Source: an uncultured Anaerolineales bacterium (lineage in GTDB: Bacteria; Chloroflexota; Anaerolineae; Anaerolineales; UBA11858). From it: 54,907 nucleotides of DNA. A program made the translations under genes and the position numbers. Below are positions 37,796-45,931 of this stretch, in pieces (positions within the stretch are counted from its first letter, which is position 1; each line of letters begins with the position of its first letter). Under the pieces are notes generated by a model. It did not search any database. It was not told the origin of the DNA and saw only the letters and a list, made by a program, of their open reading frames with translations. Where the stretch lies: positions 1 through 54,907 of the forward strand of contig CAYUXO010000004.1 in the NCBI GenBank assembly GCA_964448865.1. Reading direction: 5' to 3'.

Positions 37796-38845
37796 TTAAG
37801 CCTTATTGATTGCCGCTATGCTAATCTGGGCAGCAATTTTTTCAGTGATTTCCATCAACGCTTGAGAGACAACTGAGTCAGGGTGTGAGAGCGTAACAGG
37901 TAGCCCGGAATCACCGCCAATTCGAACCTGAGGATCAATAGGAATGGAGCCAATGAACGGCACTCCGGTCATCTTGGCCAGTTTTTCACCACCGCCGCTG
38001 CCAAAAATATCCATTTTTTCACCAGCGGGGGTTTCCAGGTAGCTCATATTCTCGATCACACCAAAGATAGGAATTTTAAGTTCCTGGAACATGTTGATTC
38101 CCCTGAGGGCATCATCCAGTGAGACCTGCTGCGGAAGGGTAACAATCACTCCGCCCTGCAGCTCAAGGGTCTGGTTCAGGCTGAGCTGAACGTCCCCGGT
38201 TCCAGGGGGCAAATCGACGATCAAATAATCAAGTTCTCCCCAATCCACATCGGAAACGAACTGTTTTATAGCAGAATGAAGCATGGGACCGCGCCAGATC
38301 AGAGCCTGTTCGGGTTTGACCATAAAGCCGATTGAGATGACTTTGACACCATGTCCTTCTCCCGGCAGGATCTTTTCATCCTTGGCGCCGCCCAGTCTAT
38401 CCACTCCCATCATAGTTGGTATGTTGGGACCGTAAATATCAGCATCCAGCAGTCCGACTTTGGCTCCTTTTTTAGCCAGGATGACTGCCATGTTAACAGC
38501 TATAGTGCTTTTTCCAACCCCGCCTTTGCCAGAAGCTATAGCGATGACGTTCTTGATATTGGGGTGCTCGGATTTCTTTGAGCCAACGGGGACTTTTGCA
38601 CCCATTTCGATCTTGACTTCTTTCACACCATCGATAGCCTGGACAGCTGTCAAAGCGCTTTTTTGTATCTCGTCTTTGAGTGGACAGGCCGGCGTGGTTA
38701 GGTTGACAGTGAAGCTGACATTGGATCCGTCTATTTTCACGTTATCAATCATGCCCAGGCTTACCAGGTCCTTTCCGATTTCAGGGTCAAGTACCTTGCC
38801 AAGCGCTTCCAGGACTACTTCACGGGTGAGTTCTTTTTTTGCCAT
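37796..38845 (-). CDS. mrp: Mrp/ApbC Fe-S cluster carrier ATPase with N-terminal DUF59 domain
   Basis: DPE..LTTPACP, SGKGGVGKST, DADIYGP, WRGPM, DLPPGTGD, ENMS. Confidence 0.92.
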   Translation of the reverse strand: MAKKELTREVVLEALGKVLDPEIGKDLVSLGMIDNVKIDGSNVSFTVNLTTPACPLKDEIQKSALTAVQAIDGVKEVKIEMGAKVPVGSKKSEHPNIKNVIAIASGKGGVGKSTIAVNMAVILAKKGAKVGLLDADIYGPNIPTMMGVDRLGGAKDEKILPGEGHGVKVISIGFMVKPEQALIWRGPMLHSAIKQFVSDVDWGELDYLIVDLPPGTGDVQLSLNQTLELQGGVIVTLPQQVSLDDALRGINMFQELKIPIFGVIENMSYLETPAGEKMDIFGSGGGEKLAKMTGVPFIGSIPIDPQVRIGGDSGLPVTLSHPDSVVSQALMEITEKIAAQISIAAINKA

Positions 38846-38940
38846 AATTTTCCTTTCAAGATAAATATTTCCATTGTTGCGTCCATCATTCTAACATGTA
38901 TACCTTGCCAATATCTCAAATTTATATTAGAAGTCCCTGG

Positions 38941-39037
38941 GAGACCTCCGAGGTACGGGCAACCTCCGTGGTCTACTGAACACCCATCGAGTGAAATTGG
39001 TTGAGATCTCCGAAGTACGGGCAACCTCCGAGGTCTC
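38941..39037. repeat. Two 34-bp REP-like direct repeats with a 62-bp period
   Basis: GAGACCTCCGAGGTACGGGCAACCTCCGTGGTCT and GAGATCTCCGAAGTACGGGCAACCTCCGAGGTCT (31/34). Confidence 0.75.
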
Positions 39038-39125
39038 CATAACCCGGAAATATTGTCAGCCTGACAAGAAGGTTATTTTACAATATAATGTAAAGGCTGA
39101 TCAAACACCAAAATTGAGAAGTCGT

Positions 39126-39701
39126 ATGGCTGATGACAATCAGAATTCCACAGAACAGCGCCATGTTGAGCTTGTTCCCTATAATCCAGATTGGTCCCGA
39201 CTGGCAGATCAGGAGGCTAAAAGAATCCTGGAGGATCTCTCCTTCCCGGTTATCGGAATCTATCACATGGGAAGCACATCGGTTCCAGGTATTAAAGCCA
39301 AACCGATCCTGGATTTTGTGTTGGAAGTTGAAAATCTAGAGGATGTTATTGAAAATGTGGAAGTGTTCAACAATCTGGGTTATACCAGCAAAGGGGAATT
39401 TGGCATTCCGGGCAGGCAGTTCTTCACCAGAGACACTGATGGGGAGCGGACTCACCACCTGCATGTTTTCCAACAAGGCCATCCCGATATTGAACGCCAC
39501 CTGGTTTTCAGGGATTATTTAAGAGCTAACCCTGACGCTGCCCGAGAGTATGAAAGTTTAAAAGAAGAATTAGCACAGCGCTTTCCTAAGGCCAGCGGCA
39601 GTTATACCGAAGCAAAATCAGAATTCATCCTTTCCATGGATGAAGTGGCTCGCTACTGGGTAGAACATAGGGGACTTAATAAAGGTTCAGAAGATCAATA
39701 A
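39126..39701 (+). CDS. GrpB family nucleotidyltransferase-fold protein
   Basis: VPYNPDW, HMGSTSVPGIKAKPILD, HHLH, FRDYLR, Y..LK, YT.AK..FI. Confidence 0.92.
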   Translation: MADDNQNSTEQRHVELVPYNPDWSRLADQEAKRILEDLSFPVIGIYHMGSTSVPGIKAKPILDFVLEVENLEDVIENVEVFNNLGYTSKGEFGIPGRQFFTRDTDGERTHHLHVFQQGHPDIERHLVFRDYLRANPDAAREYESLKEELAQRFPKASGSYTEAKSEFILSMDEVARYWVEHRGLNKGSEDQ

Positions 39702-39817
39702 TTTCTTTGTTACCACCCTCCAATAAATCCCCGTCCAGCTATTCATTCCAAGTCCAAAACAAGTCCATATACCAGGAGTGACCTAACTAGAGGAATCATT
39801 GGATTTAATTCACGTCT

Positions 39818-39850
39818 AAGACCTCCGAGGCGGGTGAATCTCAGAGGTTT
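39818..39850. repeat. Degenerate copy of the AGACCTCCGAGG palindrome
   Basis: AAGACCTCCGAGG-CGGGTGAA-TCTCAGAGGTTT between the converging grpB-like and glmS genes. Confidence 0.6.
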
Positions 39851-39858
39851 TCCTTTCT

Positions 39859-41697
39859 TTATTCTACTGTAACGGATTTTGCCAGGTTGCGGGGCTGATC
39901 GACATCCAGGCCGCGTTGGGCTGCGATGTGATAAGCCAACAGCTGCAATGGAATCACTGTTGTTACCGGGCTTAACATCCAGGGGGTTTCAGGCACATAA
40001 AGCACCTGGTCGGCACAGGCTTTGATCTGTTCATCACCTTCAGTAGCTACTGCAATCACTCGCCCACCCCGGGCTTTGGCCTGCTCGATCTGGTTAAACA
40101 TCTTTTCGTACCAGGGATCCCGGGGAGCGATCACGACCACAGGCAGATCCGAATCAATTAGAGCGATCGGTCCGTGTTTCATTTCGCCAGCCGGGTAACC
40201 CTCTGCGTGAATATATGATATTTCCTTCAACTTCAAGGCACCCTCATAAGCCGTGGGCATATTCACTCCCCGGCCAAGGTAAAGGGCGTTCTGGGCTTCC
40301 AGCAAACTTTCTGCCACAACCTTGACCTGCTCTTCCTGGTCCAGACAGCGGCCTGCCAGATCCGGGACCAAAAGCAGGTCCTCTACCAGCTTGCGCCGTT
40401 TCTTTTCATTCAAAGTTCCCCGCAAATCTCCTAACAGGATAGCCAGCATATACAGATCCACCAATGGTGCTGTATATGCTTTCGTTGACGCCACCCCGAT
40501 TTCCGGCCCTACCTGCATGGATATATATCCATCAGCAGTCCGCATGGCCTGGGAGCCAATGGCGTTGACAATCGACCACAGGGTAGCGCCTTTCCGGCGG
40601 CCTTCTTCCATAGCAGCCAGCGTGTCGGCTGTTTCACCAGACTGGCTGATAGCCAGGACAACGGTTTTGTCATCCACAATGGGATCCTGGTAGCGGAACT
40701 CCGAGGCAATCTCTACTTCAACCGGTATACGGGCAATGCGCTCGATCAACACCTTGCCGACCATACCAGCATAAGAGGCTGTTCCACAGGCAATAATGAA
40801 TATTTTCTTGATATCCTTGACCAACTCCGGTGTGAGATTCAAAGTGGGCAGCTGAATGGATCCGGTTTCAAAATCCACCCGTCCGGCAATGGTGTCCGTC
40901 AGTGAGCGCACCTGTTCGTGGATTTCTTTGTGCATGAAGTGGCGATATTCTCCCTTTTCTGCTGATACCGGATCCCAGGGAACATTATGCACTTCCACCT
41001 CAACTTTTTTACCGTCCAGGGTCATTACTTCCAATCCCTGGCGGGTGACCACTGCCATCTGGTGAGACTCCAGGAATACCATCTCCCGCGTATACTCCAG
41101 GATAGCCGGAAGGTCGGAGGCTATGTACATTTCATCCTGGCCTTTGCCAAGGACCACTCCACCGGCATTTCCGATCCGGGCTGCAACGATTTTATCGGGC
41201 TCGTTCTTATGCATGACCACAATACCATGGGCACCTTTGAGATGCTTCAGGGCTTGCTGAACCGCTTCGATAATGTTGTTTCCTGAGAGATAACGTTCTA
41301 TCAGGTGAACGATAACTTCAGTATCGGTCTCAGATTGAAACTCCACCCCTTCACTCTCCAATTCATCCCTCAGTGTGGAAAAATTCTCTACAATGCCATT
41401 GTGGACCACTACCACGTCCCCGGTCATGCCCAGATGGGGATGGGCATTTTGGGAATTAGGTTCGCCGTGGGTTGCCCAGCGGGTGTGACCAATGCCAATA
41501 TTTCCTTCCAGCGGGTCCTGTTGGACAAGCTGTGATAATCGTTCAAGCTTGCCGGCGTCCCGCCTGACCTGGATAACATCGTTTTCAAGGACCGCAATAC
41601 CGGCGGAATCATATCCCCGGTACTCAAGTTTTTTTAACCCATTCATGATAATGGGCGTAGCATTCTTTGGTCCAATATAACCAACAATTCCACACAT
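39859..41697 (-). CDS. glmS: Glutamine-fructose-6-phosphate aminotransferase
   Basis: MCGIVG, LEYRGYDSAG, GHTRWATHG, SQSGETADT, PRNLAKSVTVE. Confidence 0.98.
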   Translation of the reverse strand: MCGIVGYIGPKNATPIIMNGLKKLEYRGYDSAGIAVLENDVIQVRRDAGKLERLSQLVQQDPLEGNIGIGHTRWATHGEPNSQNAHPHLGMTGDVVVVHNGIVENFSTLRDELESEGVEFQSETDTEVIVHLIERYLSGNNIIEAVQQALKHLKGAHGIVVMHKNEPDKIVAARIGNAGGVVLGKGQDEMYIASDLPAILEYTREMVFLESHQMAVVTRQGLEVMTLDGKKVEVEVHNVPWDPVSAEKGEYRHFMHKEIHEQVRSLTDTIAGRVDFETGSIQLPTLNLTPELVKDIKKIFIIACGTASYAGMVGKVLIERIARIPVEVEIASEFRYQDPIVDDKTVVLAISQSGETADTLAAMEEGRRKGATLWSIVNAIGSQAMRTADGYISMQVGPEIGVASTKAYTAPLVDLYMLAILLGDLRGTLNEKKRRKLVEDLLLVPDLAGRCLDQEEQVKVVAESLLEAQNALYLGRGVNMPTAYEGALKLKEISYIHAEGYPAGEMKHGPIALIDSDLPVVVIAPRDPWYEKMFNQIEQAKARGGRVIAVATEGDEQIKACADQVLYVPETPWMLSPVTTVIPLQLLAYHIAAQRGLDVDQPRNLAKSVTVE

Positions 41698-41806
41698 AGG
41701 GTATACCCTCCTGATACATCAGCCTTTTTCCAAACTGTACCTGCCGGGTTCCATTCCACATTCAGGCAGACAGTTATAAAGGGCTGTTTTCATTTCAGTC
41801 ACTCAA

Positions 41807-42030
41807 GATGATCTTGTCCCACCGGTCGCCCGGGTTTTTATCATCCGTTTCAATTGGAGGGAAAAGTCGGAGTGTGACAAACTCCGGAGGGCTTCCGCTG
41901 ATAGTTCGATTTTCCCGGTCGTTTTTCTCCCCCAACCGGTTAACCTCCCGAAGGAGGAACCCTCATCCTCGTCAACTCAAGTTCACATGCTGATCAGTTC
42001 TCTTCAGCCTCTTGAGCCCGTGCGCTATTT
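41807..42030 (-). ncRNA. glmS ribozyme (GlcN6P-activated), variant with core insertion
   Basis: 5' leader of glmS: UA^GCGC, P1 GGCUCAAG/CUUGAGUU, GACGAGG, P2 GAGGGUU/AGCCCUC, AUCGAA..AUCAGCGG, P3 CGGAGU/ACUCCG, P3.1 UUGUC/GACAA, P4 GAUGAU/AUCAUC with a GCGA-capped stem. Confidence 0.88.
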
Positions 42031-42153
42031 TCCCTGACTACAATTTTTCCAGTCACCTCCTTAATAATTGATCCGCGAAGGAAAAAACCAAATCCAATCC
42101 CTCGCGGATGTTATCTTACTAAAAAATCAATAAACCTGCAAGCTACGCTTTCC

Positions 42154-42630
42154 CTACATCACTGAGGCTTTGGTGATCACATCGTCCTGGCGAATGCTGT
42201 CAACCACGTCCTCACCCTGGGTCACTTTACCGAAAACAGTGTGTTTGCCGTCCAGATGAGACTGGGGTAGATGCGTGATAAAAAATTGGGAACCGTTAGT
42301 ATTGGGTCCCGAATTGGCCATGGAAATCACCTTGGGACCGTGTACAAGGGGATTGCCTACCAGCTCATCCTCAAAACGATAGCCTGGGCCACCGCTGCCG
42401 GTGCCTGTGGGGTCACCGCCCTGGACCATGAATTTATCAATCACACGGTGAAATTTCACACCATCATAAAAAGACTCACCAATCAGGAAAATAAAATTAT
42501 TGACGGTCTTGGGCGCGTGTTCTGGATAAAGTTCCAGCTGAATGTCTCCCCGGCTGGTTTCCAGCTTGACCTGGTAAACTTTGCCCTCGTCAATGGTCAT
42601 TTCAGGAGAAGTATCCCATTGTTTTGCCAT
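42154..42630 (-). CDS. Cyclophilin-type peptidyl-prolyl isomerase
   Basis: [51 protein letters not shown]. Confidence 0.95.
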   Translation of the reverse strand: MAKQWDTSPEMTIDEGKVYQVKLETSRGDIQLELYPEHAPKTVNNFIFLIGESFYDGVKFHRVIDKFMVQGGDPTGTGSGGPGYRFEDELVGNPLVHGPKVISMANSGPNTNGSQFFITHLPQSHLDGKHTVFGKVTQGEDVVDSIRQDDVITKASVM

Positions 42631-42691
42631 AATTCCTCACTTTTAACTAGGTTTTTGAAATACGCCGCAATTATATCACCCGTCACCATCA

Positions 42692-42724
42692 AAGGGACTA
42701 AGTCCTTTAATAAGACTTAGTCCC
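42692..42724. repeat. Perfect 12-bp inverted repeat
   Basis: AGGGACTAAGTC-9 nt-GACTTAGTCCCT. Confidence 0.55.
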
Positions 42725-42831
42725 TGATCAGAAGGCCACCTAGGTGACCGCGATCCTAATTGAAGTCCCTGGAGAGCGGGAGAAACCATCCGCATAATCC
42801 TCCAGGGAGAAAAAATGGATCTCAGCTAAGT

Positions 42832-44202
42832 TTAGAGGTTAGGTTCCCGGATGTGACCCTCCAGGGGAAGACCGGATTCAAGATCTGGCCGTTCACCGCC
42901 AGGACGAACACCTTCTGGGCGTTCCGGGCGGGGATTGCCAGCAATAACAACCCGGGCTATGATCTTGCCATCCCGGTCAATATAGCCGCCGAAACCAACC
43001 CGCATGCCCTTTTCCAGGTCATCAAAACTATTCACCTGGCCGCGGTAAGTGGTTTTTCCATCCACATAAACTGTCAGGACAGTGCCATCAGGTTTTTCGA
43101 GTTGGAATTTTCCTGCCCCGGGACTGACTGCCTTGATGATTCCCTGAGCTCTAATTATTTCCGGCCTTTCATCCGGGGGTGCTCCTGCAGCCACTAAACG
43201 GGCGATCAATTTACCATCGCCATCCACAATGGCTCCTACTCCTGCTCGCATTCCTTCCTCCAGATCCCGGATACCTTCAATCTCGCCTTTATAGTTGGTA
43301 TTTTCATTCACAAAAAAGGTCAATACAGATCCATCAGACTTTTCAAGCTGGAATTTTCCAGCGGAAAGGTCCACACCAATGATGATACCCTGAGCCCGGA
43401 TCTGCTCCGGCCGGGTGCCGGCGATCACCAGCACAGCCATCAGTTGGCCATTTTCAGTTTCTTTGGCAGCCACTCCAGCCTGCCATCCTACCTGCATCTC
43501 TTCCAGATTGGATAACTGGCCCTGGTAGCGGGTCTTTTCATCCACCAGGAATCGCAGAGATCTTCCGTCCTCGGTTTCAATTGAGAATGTCTCTGCCCCA
43601 GGGTCAACTGAAGTGACCTTGCCTTTTACTTTGAGCAATTCAGGAGCATCTCCAGCCACAAGACCAATAGCAAGCATCCTGCCTGGACTGGTTTCAGTGG
43701 CAACCACACCAGCATGCCAGCCTTCCTGCAAATCCTCCAGGCTACTCAGCTGGCCTCCATAACGGGTGTTTTCATCAACAAAGAAGGTCGTCTTTTCACC
43801 ATCTGGTTTTTCAATGGTGAATTTTCTAGCTGAGGTGTTGACATCAGTGACCAGCCCGCGGGTCTGGAAATAATCCTCGGGATCACCGGAAAGCACCAGC
43901 ACAGCCCAGAGTTTTCCATCTTCATCTGCGCGGGCTCCCACACCAACTTTCCAGCCAACTTCAAGTTCCTCAAAGCTCTGCGCTTCCCCCCGGAAACGGG
44001 TCTGCTCATTCACAAAGAACATCAGCTCTGATCCGTCGGTCTTCTCAATCCGGAAATTTCCCGCTGAAGTATCAACGGCAATCACCTCTCCCCGGACTCG
44101 GATTCCTTCGGGTTGATCTGTTTCCGCCGCCAAAGCGGTCCCACTGAAAGAGACTGTCAGCATAGCGGCTGCAATAATGGGTAATACGATTTTCTTGAAC
44201 AT
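42832..44202 (-). CDS. Secreted protein with five tandem ~77-aa DUF5666-like OB-fold repeats
   Basis: Signal peptide ending ALA; repeat G.V..V......F.IE..DG....F.VDE.T.Y.G.......L..G...GV; GGAGG RBS before ATG 44202. Confidence 0.75.
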   Translation of the reverse strand: MFKKIVLPIIAAAMLTVSFSGTALAAETDQPEGIRVRGEVIAVDTSAGNFRIEKTDGSELMFFVNEQTRFRGEAQSFEELEVGWKVGVGARADEDGKLWAVLVLSGDPEDYFQTRGLVTDVNTSARKFTIEKPDGEKTTFFVDENTRYGGQLSSLEDLQEGWHAGVVATETSPGRMLAIGLVAGDAPELLKVKGKVTSVDPGAETFSIETEDGRSLRFLVDEKTRYQGQLSNLEEMQVGWQAGVAAKETENGQLMAVLVIAGTRPEQIRAQGIIIGVDLSAGKFQLEKSDGSVLTFFVNENTNYKGEIEGIRDLEEGMRAGVGAIVDGDGKLIARLVAAGAPPDERPEIIRAQGIIKAVSPGAGKFQLEKPDGTVLTVYVDGKTTYRGQVNSFDDLEKGMRVGFGGYIDRDGKIIARVVIAGNPRPERPEGVRPGGERPDLESGLPLEGHIREPNL

Positions 44203-44317
44203 ATTTTCCTCCATGAAACGGATAGGGTTTAGATAGTACGCCCTCATAATAAATAATCCCTGTAAAACCATCACAATCGGGATGTAAAATCCAGGTAAAA
44301 ACTCTCCTTAAAATCAA

Positions 44318-44343
44318 AGATGCGGGGGGAAAAGCCCGCATCT
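44318..44343 (-). terminator. Intrinsic terminator downstream of the dNK gene
   Basis: AGATGCGGG/CCCGCATCT stem followed by a U-rich tail on the minus strand. Confidence 0.6.
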
Positions 44344-44377
44344 ATTCAAGTTTAGACTGTCGTACAAAGAGATTGGT

Positions 44378-45022
44378 TTATTTGGCCGGAAAAACCACCT
44401 CTTCCTTTCCGGTCAATTTCTCCTGGACCAGCTCAGCCACAGTATCCAGATGGCCTTTTTTATGCACAAAATCCAGGTCATCGGAGCGAATTTTCAATAC
44501 TGGGCAGAGGTCAAAGGTATCCATCCAATCTTCATAAAAAGAATCCAAAAGGGAAAGGTACTCCAGGGAAATGCCCGACTCAATCTCCCTTCCGCGTTCC
44601 TCAATTCTCTGGCGGAGGATCTCCGGCGGAGCAATCAGGTAGATCAATAAATCCGGTTCGGGCAAACCACCCGCGATAAACTGGAATACTCGCCGGTAGG
44701 ACATGTAATCCCGTTCTGAAAAGCTGCCCTGATGGTGCAGCGCGCGGGCAAAGATTTCCACATCCTCATATATACTCCGGTCAGCGATGGCATCCCGGCT
44801 GTCATTAACCAGTTCTAGGTGCTGCTGAGCCCTGTGACCCAGGAAATAAATTTGCAAATGAAAGGACCAAGCTGTCATATCCTGGTAAAAATCGCCCAGG
44901 TAAGGATTATCGATCACAGATTCGAAGCCTGTCTGCCAGCCCAGCCGGTCGCCCAGGCGTTCTGTTAAGGATGTTTTGCCAGTCCCGATATTTCCGGCCA
45001 CAAGCACCAGTTTTCCCGCCAT
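44378..45022 (-). CDS. Deoxynucleoside kinase (Dck/Dgk family)
   Basis: P-loop GNIGTGKTS, NPYL.DFY, LQIYFL..R, DRSIYED, PDLLIYL, RGR..E. Confidence 0.92.
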   Translation of the reverse strand: MAGKLVLVAGNIGTGKTSLTERLGDRLGWQTGFESVIDNPYLGDFYQDMTAWSFHLQIYFLGHRAQQHLELVNDSRDAIADRSIYEDVEIFARALHHQGSFSERDYMSYRRVFQFIAGGLPEPDLLIYLIAPPEILRQRIEERGREIESGISLEYLSLLDSFYEDWMDTFDLCPVLKIRSDDLDFVHKKGHLDTVAELVQEKLTGKEEVVFPAK

Positions 45023-45094
45023 ATACCCTACCTCCATTAATTAAAGAACGATTTTTATTATATCCTGAATGATTTTGGTCTTTAGAAAATCGAG

Positions 45095-45124
45095 TTGACA
45101 AACACCACCCTGAGAGTATAGGAT
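45095..45124 (+). promoter_or_regulatory. Sigma70 promoter for pcm
   Basis: TTGACA-18-TAGGAT. Confidence 0.5.
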
Positions 45125-45145
45125 TAAATTAAACACCAAGGAAAG

Positions 45146-45931
45146 ATGTTGATGAAAACTAGATCAATTTATCCCGTGTTCCTCACTGTCTTGATAATAC
45201 TTCCGTTTCTATTAGGCGGGTGCCAATCATCCGAACCGGACCAGGAACCAGATATCCAGGCGACCACGACTTCTGAATCTGATCTGGAAGACCCAGACGA
45301 TTCTCGACTTGCCGAACGTGAGCGTATGGTAGAGAATCAAATCATCAATCGGGGCGTGATAGACCCGGCAGTTCTGGCAGCCATGAAAACCGTTCCACGC
45401 CATGAATTTGTACCGGATGACTTTGTATCCCAGGCCTATCGCGATCACCCTCTACCGATCGGATATGGACAAACCATCTCCCAACCTTTCATTGTGGCAC
45501 TGATGACCGAAGCTCTTAATCTAAAAAAAGGGGATCGAGTTCTGGAAATTGGAACCGGCAGCGGCTACCAGGCAGCAATCTTGGCCGCGCTGGATACTCA
45601 GGTTTACACGATTGAAATCATACCGGAATTAGCTCAAGCAGCGGAAGATAAGCTAATAATTCTTGGTTATACAAATATCGAGGTCCTGAACGCAGACGGA
45701 TATTTTGGTTGGGAAGATCAAGCGCCATTTGACGCTGTGATCGTCACCGCCGCCCCGGATCATCTCCCTCAGCCCCTCATTCAACAGCTGGCTGAGGGCG
45801 GACGGATGATCATCCCGATCGGTCCTATTGGGGCAGTTCAAACCTTGTGGTTGTTTGAATCCAGCGGAGGGGAGTTGAAGGCAATGAATCTGGGCCCGGT
45901 CAGCTTTGTCCCTCTCACCGGGGAACATTAA
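45146..45931 (+). CDS. pcm: Protein-L-isoaspartate O-methyltransferase with an N-terminal lipoprotein-like signal
   Basis: VPRHEFV, GQTISQP, VLEIGTGSGYQAA, APFD.VIVTAA, VSFVPL; N-terminal hydrophobic stretch ending LLGGC. Confidence 0.92.
   Translation: MLMKTRSIYPVFLTVLIILPFLLGGCQSSEPDQEPDIQATTTSESDLEDPDDSRLAERERMVENQIINRGVIDPAVLAAMKTVPRHEFVPDDFVSQAYRDHPLPIGYGQTISQPFIVALMTEALNLKKGDRVLEIGTGSGYQAAILAALDTQVYTIEIIPELAQAAEDKLIILGYTNIEVLNADGYFGWEDQAPFDAVIVTAAPDHLPQPLIQQLAEGGRMIIPIGPIGAVQTLWLFESSGGELKAMNLGPVSFVPLTGEH

Noticed and set aside
38941-39037. Mini CRISPR array (34-bp repeats, 28-bp spacer)
   Set aside because: Only two copies, no cas genes in the window, and a related palindrome occurs elsewhere; REP-like is a better fit
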